A DNA stretch of 64,000 nt from Octopus bimaculoides (taxonomy: Eukaryota). The notes beneath the pieces are model-generated. The model had not been told where the DNA came from. It did not search any database and saw only the letters and a list, made by a program, of their open reading frames with translations. Position 1 is the first letter of the stretch. Each line of letters opens with the position of its first letter. The translations under genes and the position numbers were made by a program. Location of the stretch: assembly GCF_001194135.2 (NCBI RefSeq), contig NC_068993.1, positions 62,819,910-62,883,909 on the forward strand, read 5' to 3'. This document shows, piece after piece, positions 28,276-41,900 of the stretch.

Positions 28276-31200
28276 TATTATGGAATAAAAGAAGAAATCC
28301 TAACTTCACTTGTATCAAAATACACTGACTGTTGTAATTGATTTTTTGATCATTAAGTAGAAAACTCACAGTGTTCAACTACATCACAAACTGCACAACC
28401 GTAGTTACCACTCCGAATGTTGACACTTCTACTGTAAAACATACTACATACACACTAACATTTACAGTCAAGTGCCACAAGTCTCAAAACCATTTTACAT
28501 TTTCAATGAATTAAATCTTCTAACAATTCGACTATTTTGCTAGCTTTAGCCATTTGACTATAGACGTGTTAGGACACTATATTCATTTGTTCTTAATTGG
28601 AAAATTCCAGATAGAATTTAATACAAATCCTCCTTCAGGTACAGGAGGCAAAATGTACAAGAGCGGTCATGATAATAAACATGACAAGAATTTTCTTAGC
28701 AAAAGTGAGGGTTGAAAAACTATTTCATGAATGAACATGGTTTTTCGATGAACAATGCAATTATGAAATTAAGATAATTACAAGGACTTGCCCATTATTG
28801 GTATTCACAATGTAATTAAACCAATATCCTCATTCTATTCACAGCAATCACATTGACTTAATATCATTACATCATCATTGTTCTCATCTCCACTCAAAAT
28901 CATGAGGAGGAAGATGATGAGGATGTAATTGATATCCAGTTGATATCGTTTCAGTGAAGAAGAAAGTGAGGATATATCAGTTTAATTACAGTGTGAAGAG
29001 TGATAACAGGAAGTTCTTGTAATTATGCTAATTATCATAATGAATTGTTCATATGTTCCTAGAACAACCAGGTTCATGTTTAAAATAATTTTCCAATACA
29101 CGTGCACACACTGATACAGGTATGGAGATTCACATACAGGACTTTAAGTTTCAGTGTCAACAATCTGATGATTGCTGCACATCTTCAGTCATGCAAATCC
29201 AATGTGTGTGTGTGTGTGGCACCATCGATTGCAAAAAAGTTGTGTGCATGCCCATAACTTAGTGGTTTGGCATAAGAGATTTTAAGTACCAGACTTAAAG
29301 ACTAAAAGTATTGGGGTTGATTCATCCAACTAAAAAGCCTTCAAAGTGATGCCCAAGCATGGCCGCAGTCCAATGACTCAAACAAGTAAATGAGATACGC
29401 ACACACACATATATGTTAACATAAATACATGTACATGTGTATAAGTGCATGAATAAGTGTATGTAAACACATGCCTATATTTTCTCCCTTCGTTTTTTTC
29501 ATTCTCTCTCTATTTTCTTCCCCTTATTCCTTTCTGTCGAAGAGCATAGGCTTGAAATGTTAAAAGACTTTTCCATTTTTCCCAAGCGATAAACTAATAC
29601 ACCTGCTTGTTGTTCCTACATTTGTCTTTTGTTTCTCTATAAATCTGAACTACATATACATATATATATATAGACACACACACACACACACATACATACA
29701 TACATACATATATATATACCAACATTACTGAGATGCCAACAATAAGATAAGAAAATAGAGAGATAATTGATAAATTATTATTTATTAATTAAAAAACTGA
29801 CAAACATCTTTTACAGCTGTTGCAATTCTAGACCACAAGATTCGACTTGCAAATAATTTTTAATTTCATTAATTTACTGAAGGTCTAGAATTGAAACAGC
29901 TGTAAGAGATGTTTGTCAATTTTTTTAATTAATGAATAACAATTTATTAATTATCTCTCTATTTTCTTATTTTACTGTAATAGATAGATAGATATAAACC
30001 ATGGGTTATATAGTTACCTTACAGTTGAATATTAACTCTAATGTTCAACATTCTTTGTATAGGTAACTAACCAGTACTTTCATAGGAGTTTGCTATCCCT
30101 TAATGAGGTTTGTAACCTATATATATAGAAATGCTAGGGGAGAAAGCAGTCTTGGTCAACCCAATAGTGCAATAAATTTGACTCTGCTCAATGTATTCAG
30201 TCAGTCTTTGCATTAGCAAATGTTTTTACAACTTTATATCTTGACAATCCTAAGAATTAACACAGCAGAAACAAACTAGAGGATTTTTTTTTAATGCATG
30301 CAAAATACTACTAATTCTTCTAACTTGGTCAATGTGATGGTTTGAGAAAGAAAATATTAATAATGATTGGTAATTATATATACAAATCCTAAACTACTTT
30401 ACTTACCACTGGTATCTGAAATAGAAAAACCATTTAGTTTTAAATAACTGACAATCCTTGTGAAGTTTTAGTTGTCATACAATAGATGTATACCTGACTT
30501 ATAAATATACTCTCGGGAAACTACCAAATCTGTTATCCAATAACTTCTTCCTTATTTAACCCTTTTGCATTCGAATTACTCAGTCAAATGTAAAACTTCT
30601 TCATTCCTCAATTAATCATGAATTATCTCATAGCTTTGAGATCTCAATGATGTAATTGTTTATTTTAAGAATGACATTGTAGATCAGGTATGAGAGGCCA
30701 AATTTGGCTGGCTTTAGAATATTTAAGGCCAATATGGACTGTTTCAAAAAGGATCCATGAAGGAGGTCAATGAATACGTGGTGTTCCTATTAGGAGTACT
30801 TTTCTCTCACAAAAGCAATTGCAAGTCAACACTGTAACTAACATATCACTCATCGATCCAGGTCGCATCTTACTACTTGGTGGAACAGTGAGCCTTATGA
30901 CTCATCATACCTTATTAAGGCCAGGCAAACTTAACCATTACGTGTCCATCAGTGTCTTGCCTTCAGAATGCATATCTTGTCAGTGACTGGATACAGCTGA
31001 AAACTTCTCAGCTAGCTGTCCACTACCATGAAGGCAGCTGCTGATGCTGTTCTCATTCACATGGAAACTAAATGGAAACTTTTAAACACAATTTAATACA
31101 ATTTTCTAAATATTTGAAAACAATCCTTAACTCTAGAGACATGTTTACACCATTTTCAGTCTTTGGCAGTATATATACACACACAGATACTTACATAGAA

Positions 31201-33061
31201 ACACACACNNNNNNNNNNTATATATATATAGTCACAAAACAGTCTCATTACTACTACTGAAGTAATAGATCAAAACTGCCATAGAAAAAACACTTTTACA
31301 AAGATGAAGGGACTTGCTTAAGGCTAAATGATACACATGTGGTCTACATAGAACAATCAATATAGGTGCACCATTCCTCTTACAGCAATGGAAGTGCAGT
31401 TGAAAGGGTACAGCATTACAAATTTACTGGTTCTCACATCAAAGGGGACATTTTTATAGCCCAACAGCATTACATCTGTAACAATCTTTAGGATGAAAGA
31501 GTAGAGTCTGATCTGTTTTTATAAGAGCTGTTCAGGAGGTGAGAAGGAAATGGCTATGAACTTACCAAGCTCTCCTCCAATATTCATGCAACTTAGTTTG
31601 AATGCAAGTATTGTCTGGATGCCTGCAACTGAATGAACTCAACTAAATGCCCTTCAGGGGCTGGATAGTCTTCCATGTTTGCAGCAAGCAAAGAAACTTA
31701 CTGGAAATATTACAGGACTTCACTTTTTATAAGACCTACATTATTTACAGAGAACTCTCAAAATGATCAGACATTAGACAAACCAAACTGTGGGCAGAGA
31801 AGTTCTATACAAACATTGAAAATAAAAGCTATTATTTTTGTAATGTGTTGCTCTGGGATTTACAACACAAATCTATGAATTTGTGTTGCAAGATTCCTGA
31901 TGTGAAACCATGTGTTGAAACAGACATTGGTTGTATTTTGGGATAATCATTTTTTTTTTTTTTTGTTATTTTCATTTTTTGCAAGATAACTGGTATTTAT
32001 TTTATCAACCCCCAAAAGGATGAAAGGCAAAGTCGACCTCGGTGATATCTGAACTCAGAACATAAAGACAGACAAAATGCCACAAAGCGTTTTACCCAGC
32101 ATGCTAACAACTCAACCAGCTCACCATGTCAATATTATTAATTAATATTAGTAATTAAATTATAAAACATTAATTAATATTAGTAATTGATTTATATTTA
32201 TTTATTACTGTTGTTATTGTTTCTGATTCTACAACTTAAAAGACAGCCTCAATGCATTTGATTATAAATGAGACTAATCAACTCTAATGAATTTTAATTT
32301 AGCTGAATAAACCGTTCATTGTTCATATAACAGAAAGCAGAGTGAGGAGACCACAACATTGTGATTCTGTGGGGAAATTTAAATCACCAAATTCACAGGC
32401 AAAAGTGGTCAAACATTATTTCTATTACTATTTCAATATTGTTGCTGCTGTTATGTGTTTTTATATCAGCCTTGGACTTTTTTAACATTTCATTCTAACG
32501 TGCTGGTTCTGCATAAAAAGCACCTTATAGGCTTCATGGAGTGGTTGGTGATAGGAAGGGCACCCAGTCATAGAAACCATGCCAACTCAGACTGGAACCT
32601 GGTCCAGCTCTTCAGCTTGCCAGATCTGGTCAAACTCTCCAACCCATGCCAGCATGGAAAAACGGGCATTAAATGATGATGATGCTGACATAAATTCTAA
32701 CTTGAATTACCCTACAAATCAAACAAAAGAGAAAAGAAAAGAAAAAACAAGGGTAAAAGAAATAGAAAAAAAAAGCTGAATCTAATCCACTCAGAGCACT
32801 TTCTTGTATTTGAAATTCAGTCGACCAGATGCAACTCAACACTTTTAGATGGGCCGAAAAGCTAACAAAACAGCCATCAGTTAGCAGTGCTCTAACTGCT
32901 GACAACTATAAATCTTCCATTCACAGATAGACACAAAACAAAATTGACTCACCAATAACATACCATCCAATACACTAGAAGCAACTGCATACCACACCAC
33001 TCTCTCTCTCTCTCTCTCTCAACAGCTTCATTAATCAGTTAATTAATAAAAGAATCTTACA

Positions 33062-33111
<50 letters not shown>

Positions 33112-35871
33112 TTTGGAAACATTTGTGATAGAAGTTGATTAGCTTTATTATCATTCACTGAACAAACATAATAAACAAGCAGAGTTATTTCGGGGTAAAG
33201 TTTCAAGATAAGTCAGTATTGATATATTTATGAAGATGTTTATGGATTGTTTAATGTTGTCAGTTATGGTTTTGCTTAACACAATGTTTGGTGGCAAAAA
33301 CACTGTTACTTTGAACGGATAAAAAGAAGAGAGGATTTAATTAAGAAGAGAACAACATTATCCATAGAGATAATCTGGTTGTGATGGCAGTGATTGTTGC
33401 TATTTATTCACAAGTCAGCCTTGAATAAAGCAGCCCTATGATCAAAGCCATTCCAGCTATGACCATCCTGTTTTTATTATGTACATTGTCCAATGTGTTT
33501 GTTCTTCCATTTTTTTTATTTTTTAAGATGGAAGGGTGCAACAATCTGCGTGAGACTTGGGTGGTATTTCTAACAGACCAATCACCCACAGAGCCACTCT
33601 CACATCAGTAGACTTTAATGTTTCTTTTAGATATGGCAACAGGGGCTGTGGGCTTAAGAAATTTGCTTCCCAACCCCATGGTTTCGGCTTCTGTCCCATT
33701 GTGTGGTGATAGGTACAGGTATGGCTATGGGGTTAAGGAGTTTGCTTCCCAGCCATTTGTTTTAAGTTCACTCCCATTGCATGGCACCTTGAGACTGAAC
33801 CTAAAACTATGTAGTTTGGAAGCAAACTTCTTACCTCTCACCCACACCTGCACCTAATAATAATAATAATCCCTTCTACTAACGGTACAAGGCCTGAAAT
33901 TTGGGGGGAGGGGACTAATCGATTACACCAACCCCAGTGCTGGTACTTAATTTATCAACCCCAAAAGGATAAGAAGCAAAGTCGACCTCAGTGGAATTTG
34001 AACTCAGAACATAAACATGGACAGAATGCCGCTAAGCATTTTGCCCAGTGTGTTAATGATTCTGCTAGCTTGCCAGCTTAGGAATAATGATAATCCTTTC
34101 TACTAGAGGCAGAATGCCTGAAATTTGGGGGAGCGGGATAGTCGATTACATCAATCCCAGTGCATAACTGGTACTTATTTAATCGACCCTGAAAGGATGA
34201 AAGGCAAAGTCAACCTCAGCAGAATTTGAACTCAGAACAAAGACAAACAAAATACTGCTAAGCATTTCGCCCGGCGTGCTAACGATTCTACCAGCTCACT
34301 GCCATAATAATAATGATAATAATAATTGTTACTAACATTACAAGTTTCTAACATGTAAAGGAGGATTAATATACGGCTAAGTAACTATGATTTTATACAA
34401 CCAGCAACTCATCGTTCTGGGGTCATATTCAATGAAGGCATTTCCCAATGGTCACTTGACACCACATTCCTTAATATCTTACTCACCTGGAAATTATGGG
34501 TGTTGTTTCCCATTTGGCACTCTCATTGCATGTTTGTGAAATTTATGGGAACGTGTGCAGGTGTGCGTATATATACATATATATATATATATATGTTTAC
34601 AGTTGCAGTATAGGTGGGATCAGCAAAAAATGTACTCCATCCAGTGAGAGAAATATCATTTAATATACACAATTACAAAAAAGCCACAATAGTTTCATGC
34701 TTTAAGATACATTAAATTGGCAGATTTATATAACATGCCATATACTTCCAATTTAATGTAACTATTAATAGCTCTTTTGTAATAGTGTATATTAAATCAT
34801 ATATATANNNNNNNNNNNNNNNNNNNNNNNNNNNNNNNNNNNNNNNNNNNNNNNNNNNNNNNNNNNNNNNNNNNNNNNNNNNNNNNNNNNNNNNNNNNNN
34901 NNNNNNNNNNNNNNNNNNNNNNNNNNNNNNNNNNNNNNNNNNNNNNNNNNNNNNNNNNNNNNNNNNNNNNNNNNNNNNNNNNNNNNNNNNNNNNNNNNNN
35001 NNNNNNNNNNNNNNNNNNNNNNNNNNNNNNNNNNNNNNNNNNNNNNNNNNNNNNNNNNNNNNNNNNNNNNNNNNNNNNNNNNNNNNNNNNNNNNNNNNNN
35101 NNNNNNNNNNNNNNNNNNNNNNNNNTTTTTTTTTTTTTTTTTTTTTTTTGTGATGCAGGTGAGCTGATAGAGGAAGTGGATAAAGAGCTTGTGGAAGGAG
35201 GAGATAGCTAAAAGAATTTTAGTAATTAAGTTACCAAAACTATTCGATTTTCTCCGATAATACACTGAAAAGAATGCAAAGACAGGGTTCCAGATAACAT
35301 AAATCTGCTGACACCGACTTTCCACAATTTAGGGTTATTACTGTTATTTTGGTTTAAGGGTTTTGTGTTTAGGAAGATAATTGTAATCTTCTCAAACTGG
35401 ACCCCTAAAACCAAACTACTGAATAATTAAAGTGTAATAAGTTCAAATATATTGAAAATCATCGTAAAAGGTTTGGGCTATGAGTAAATGATAATTAATA
35501 TTGGGTTAAATAAAACAGCAATTAGTGAATAGATAAAGTGTTTATGTTAAAAATAGATTTGACGAAGATTTGAAGGTGAGAAACAATCTTGAGAAACAAC
35601 CACTCAGGCTAAACAAAAACAGACAATGAGAGCCTGTTTCCTCTCTGGTTTTGGATTTCAAGTCAAAATTCTTCTATAGCTGAGGTTATATCTGTACACA
35701 TTTATTAACATAATTTATGTTAATTTATCTCTGCAATGCAATGATTTATATAAAAAGGCAATTGTTTCCCAAAGGGTGAAATATTTGGAAACATACTTAT
35801 AATCAAATACATTTCCCAGTGGATGCATGCATGTTAAAATCTACAACACATGCGTGCACACGCACGCACTA

Positions 35872-35911
<40 letters not shown>

Positions 35912-37408
35912 CTAAGGAAGTGCGCACATACTCATGGAAAATGGAAAATTGAGCAACATCATTCACAGAAGCAAAAAACTAAATTTGCAGTTTAAAAGTC
36001 ATAAAAAAAATAATAAAAAATGAAAAAAAAAGGCATCTAATGTAATGGTCAATTTCTAAAAAAATCTCCTGTTAGGAGATACAAAATGAAAGCTGCAGAA
36101 GTAAGCAAAAGTGTATAGCAGGATGGGGGTATGCGTGGGTTTCTGTGTGTGTATGTGTGTGTATCACATAGATAGATATTGCAATTCGCCCAATGTAAAG
36201 CTTCAGTAAGTTGTCAGTAGGAGGTATAACCACAATATTTTTGCAGCCAACATTAGAAACGGCTTCTTCAGCATCTTTGTACTTTGTTACATATTTTCAT
36301 ACAAATCTAATCATCAGTCCTACATCAGAAGATGGTTTATTCAGGATCCACAGCTACCATCATTCAGTACGAAACAAACCAACAACATCATGTAAGCACC
36401 ATTCCTCCCCAAAAGGACTCCACTGTACCCTCTTCTCTCTAAACAGGTAGAACACTCGACTAAAGAATAAAGGTTCCTGCCTGGATCATATTGACACATA
36501 AGTCCAGTTACTCGGTTTCAGGAGTGTGTATATTTCCCATCAGGATGGGATGCCAGTTTGTCACAAGATTACCCAGTTTTGCCAATCGAGTGGAATGAAG
36601 TGTTTTGCTCAAGAATGCAATGCATTGCATGGTCTGGGAATCAAACCCACAATCTTATGATCATTCCTTCAACAGCTTAACTACTGAGCCATGTGCCTCC
36701 ACTACTCATCTACATCCTTCACAGTCATTCCAAATACTGCACTTGACAATCACCAATGGTCTTTCTTGGTGAAAACGTAGGTTTAGCTTTAAGGACTGCA
36801 TTCAAAGACTAGACCTTCTCTTTAGGGCCAGAAGATATTTCAGCCCCCAACAGATGCTGAAATACTACGAGGCCTGCAATAGGCTCCTCTATCTGGGATG
36901 GTGGTGGTGGTGGTGCTGCTGCTGCTATGCACACTCACAGTCTGGATGACATCCAAAGAACGGTCACTTGGCTGATTAGCACTTCATCCCTCATGCACAC
37001 ACTGCAGCCTTTGGCCTAAAGGAAAGCTTCATCTTTTCTCTATCATTTCTAAAATTAGCCCAATGGTCTCTAAACCCTCAGAGCTGGCTGGCTTCATATC
37101 TACACCATTCCAGCACCTCAGGCACACTCATCTCTCTCTCTCTCTCTACTTCTCATTACCCTCAATGCACCCAGCAAACCTCTCCATTACACTAGTCATT
37201 CTATTATGCTCAATTCTTCATCACCAGAAAATCGACTCTCAACAAAGTCATCCCAGGCCCTGACTCTCCCAAGGGGATTAACCAGCAACAATTTAGACAA
37301 CACATTAACAATATCAATCTCAGGACTCTAGGAGGACCTCCAAGGGTCATGGTCTCTACCCCTTCTTCCAAAACTCAGCATGAAGAAAATATACACAGAT
37401 ATATATAC

Positions 37409-37454
<46 letters not shown>

Positions 37455-37861
37455 NNNNNNNNNNNNNNNNNNNNNNNNNNNNNNNNNNNNNNNNNNNNNN
37501 NNNNNNNNNNNNNNNNNNNNNNNNNNNNNNNNNNNNNNNNNNNNNNNNNNNNNNNNNNNNNNNNNNNNNNNNNNNNNNNNNNNNNNNNNNNNNNNNNNNN
37601 NNNNNNNNNNNNNNNNNNNNNNNNNNNNNNNNNNNNNNNNNNNNNNNNNNNNNNNNNNNNNNNNNNNNNNNNNNNNNNNNNNNNNNNNNNNNNNNNNNNN
37701 NNNNNNNNNNNNNNNNNNNNNNNNNNNNNNNNNNNNNNNNNNNNNNNNNNNNNNNNNNNNNNNNNNNNNNNNNNNNNNNNNNNNNNNNNNNNNNNNNNNN
37801 NNNNNNNNNNNNNNNNNNNNNNNNNNNNNNNNNNNNNNNNNNNNNNNNNNNNNNNNNNNNN

Positions 37862-37897
<36 letters not shown>

Positions 37898-38844
37898 CAT
37901 TTGTAGTAGAAGCATTTGCATTCCTCTTCTGAAGTCCTCTGAATTAAAAAGAATCCCATATATATATATTTATATATATATACATACATATACCTGTGTG
38001 TATACATACACATATACACACACATACACACATATACACGTATATATATACACACAATACATACACACACATACACACACGCGTGTGTATAAATATTCAC
38101 ATGCATGCTTATATGTAGAAGCATATTTACACAAAGAACCACATCATCCTCATCACCATTTAACATCCATCTTCCATGCTGGCAAGGTTTCACAGGGAAA
38201 CCAATGAGCTGCAAGGAAACCAGTGAGCTCCGGTGTCTCCTTTGGCATGGTTCCTATGGCTGGATGCCCTTCCTAACTCACAACCAGTTTACAGAACGGC
38301 TCTGGGTACTTCTTGCTATGCCACCAGTACCAGTGAGGTTGCCATGTATCTTGGCCGACAGAAGGACAGAGAAAAAGGAGAAAGCTCCTAGGACTAAGAG
38401 GAAGTATTTGGGAGGGGAAGACGGAGGTGGGTGGCTTCGTGCCAGGGGTTGAAAGGCTAAAGTATGACAGAGGGAGACACACAGGTGGCAATATGTGCAA
38501 TGCTGCTCTCAGGTGAGTACAGTGGTTGCATAGTACCATAAATAGGGGAGGGATGATAATAGGGGGGGAGCAATGCATTGCTCCCCCCCCCTTTTGTCAG
38601 GGAGAAGGGAAAGAGGAGAGGGACCAGGCCTCGCATGCACAACATATATATTACACATATAGACACACACACACACAGATACACATGTCTGCAAGAGGTT
38701 TATCTTCACAGAGCACAAAGAGTTTCTATAGTTCTCATTCTATGAAAACAAGAAACAAAATAAAGAAAAGTTTCTACTAACAAAGCTAAGAATGGTGAGA
38801 GAATATTCATTAAAAAAAAAAAAACTGTTTGTTGTGTAGGTCTG

Positions 38845-38919
<75 letters not shown>

Positions 38920-41900
38920 TGAAGAAAGCAAAAAGAAAAGACTATAAAAAAAGAAATGGGAAAAAAGGAATAAAAAAAGAGACTGTAGTAAAACAATGAA
39001 AAGCATACTGACCTTCATCTGATGCTGCTTGTGCAACGCTTTCATCACCAAGGAACATCCGACGAGCTAGATTGCGCCGATACCAAGCTTTCGGGAAGGA
39101 GAGAATTTCAGAAAGTCGGCGCATGTCATATTTGAAAGACGCGGAGCCGATATCACATATTGCTATGTAATGGAAGAAAGAAACAAAATTTGTTGAAACA
39201 AGCAAGAATTAGAATTATAAGAATAACGGTATCACATAGAAGTAGAAAGAATTCAAAAGAAAGGATACACTGTCACTTTCACCCTCACATCACCACCACC
39301 ACCCTTGTGTTAGGGTCAGTGTGATTGTAACCTTAATTCTGAACTTCACCAAAAATAAGTGAGAATACAAGAGTCAAGTAATACTCTTAAGAGATAACAA
39401 ATAAAGTTCAATAGAAATTATGAAACCATTTTTTTCTACCAACAAAATTACTCTCCAGTTATCGTTTGTAAACTTACAAATCAGTTAAGTTACTGCTAAC
39501 ATATATGGGGCATCACCCACCCAAGATTGTAAACTTGTCCAGTGGCAGAAAGGCACCAAAGTCAATATATACTGTGAAGAAATCTTTTGGTGCCTATCAC
39601 ACGGACCATTGCCAGTGGTCTATTACAGCCCCACCGCCACCCCCAATTCTAAGGTCCCATCACAAACCATTCACCAGTTGGTCTTCACCCTCGAGGATAC
39701 ATGAGGCTGACACTGAGCACACAAGGAGATTGAGGTAGAACTTTGATACAACAGCAACCAAATCCAGAACAGAATTTCCTTTGCAGTTGATACAAGGTTA
39801 AGCCTGCTTGTCCTGTATTGGCCTTAATGGGCATATGGTGTAGTGGTTAAGAGTGCGGGCTACTAACCCCAAGATTCCAAGTTCGATTCCAGGCAGTGAC
39901 CTGAATAATAACTCACAGAGTTGTTTGAAATTTAGAAGTTTTCAGGTTTTTCCAGAAATATAATCTAGTATCACACTAAAGACTCACTTCAGATCAGACT
40001 GACAGAAAGAACTCAGCCTGTTTACATTTACGCATTTGTAGGTGCCATGGAAAAAGCACTGGTGCTGGTGCCACATAAAGATCACCCTTTACACACTGTA
40101 AAGTGGTTGGTGTCAGGAAGGGCATCCAATTAGAGACCATGCTAAAACAGACAATGGAGCCTAGTGCAGCCCCCAGCCTTACCAGCTCCTGTCAAACACT
40201 CCAAACCATGCCAAAATGGACATTAAATGATGATGATGATGTAACTATGATATCAAATCATATTCTTCACATTCAATTTAATTATTCGTATATTAACCAA
40301 AATATTTACCTGAAAATCTTACACAATTCGATTTAATTCCTTCTGAACGTACTCCGCCTGTTGTAGGTGTGGGTTGTGGAGGTTGGCTCATCGTAGAAGA
40401 AGAACCGGTGAACATGGGGTCTCCAAGACGTACATCCAGTTTGCGACTCCGTGATATATGTACTTTAATGAATTCAACATTGAGACTAAGGGAATCTTTA
40501 CGAGTAAATTCAGTGAAAAGATTACCACCATGTTCTTGAATGCAACCTGAAATTCAATGAAGAGAAATAATATTATCAAATATGTAAACGGAATTATCAA
40601 TATAGTTTGGGTTTTTTTTTCTCCCTTTTAATTTTAAGGATACTATATCAGTTTCTTAAAAGGTTACACATTTTTAAGGGAGGGAGTTATTTTTTCCTCA
40701 TAACAGAGAAAGTAATATTACAGATTTCACAGAATTATAAATAAATGAAAATGTAATTTTAAAGAAAAATAAATCAATTTCTCAAAGGAGAAATTTTTAG
40801 GGGAATAAGTGAATCTCTCACATATACACACCTCAGTAAAAGCCTTGAATTATCTTACCTACCCCTAAAGATACAGAAGACAAATTTAACTACAGTAAGA
40901 TTTGAACCCAGAACACAATGGAACAAAACAAAATATTCTTTTCTATGTATTTTGGTTAATTTTGAAACAATCAAGAATCTGTGCGATTATGTAAAATAAG
41001 CAACTTTGTCACAAAACTAATTTTTGGAACATACAAAACATTTCTTAAAATTATAATGGCAGACAGGTTAGAACCAGCATTGGTCTCCAATGGAATGGCA
41101 TCAAAATGGTTAAACATCATTAACCCTTTAGTGAGGCTCCAAAACGAGTCTCAGGGAGTAGCGTCCCTGCTTTCCTGAGTTAGTTTTCCACCACATTTCT
41201 TAAAAATCGTGGTAGAGGCCTTGGTCTCGGGACCACTCATGTCTAGAAACTGAGGTTGGGAGTAAGCGAGGGCATGCTCCCCATAGAAAATCCAGCTCCA
41301 GAAAAGCCTCATGATAGCAAAGGAGAATGGGCACCAACCAGCCCAAAGGTTGGGGTGGGCTGCACCTGCCTACCTCGGTTGCTATGGCATTGAGGTAGAT
41401 CCGGCCACCTCTGTTAATGGGAACAAAACCCAAATTTAAAACACTGGATGATGATGTCTGGTCAAAAGAGTCTACCTATTTCATGTTCAAACTGGTCAGA
41501 TGCAGCCTCTCACACCTACCCGACAATGTCATTTTAAAAATAAACAATCACATCATGAAAATCTCAAAGCCACGAAATAACAAATGATTAATTAAAATCA
41601 ATGAGAATAAATAAACATTACACATGACAAAGTAATCTGAATGTTAAAGGGTCAAAACTACTTACCAAGTTCTGATTTCTGGAATCCCCCCAGATAGCCT
41701 GGAGATCCAACGGTCTGCTGTTTTCTTTGTCCACCCCCATAAGGATGGAATATATACAATGAGAAATTTGTCAAACAAGCAGTAAAACTAAGTCCACCGG
41801 AAGAGGTGAGCTGGGCTTGGCTTGTGTATTCTGATGCAGTACTACTGACACGAGGTCGCATCCCACCATGTCCCAGAGTGCTACCAAACGTTGAACCACT

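Noticed and set aside
32952-32973. gttgcttctag|11 or 22 nt|GT candidate microexon
   Set aside because: Neither length preserves the frame in a phase-1 intron.
34785-38214. Long ORFs full of X
   Set aside because: Artefacts of N gaps.
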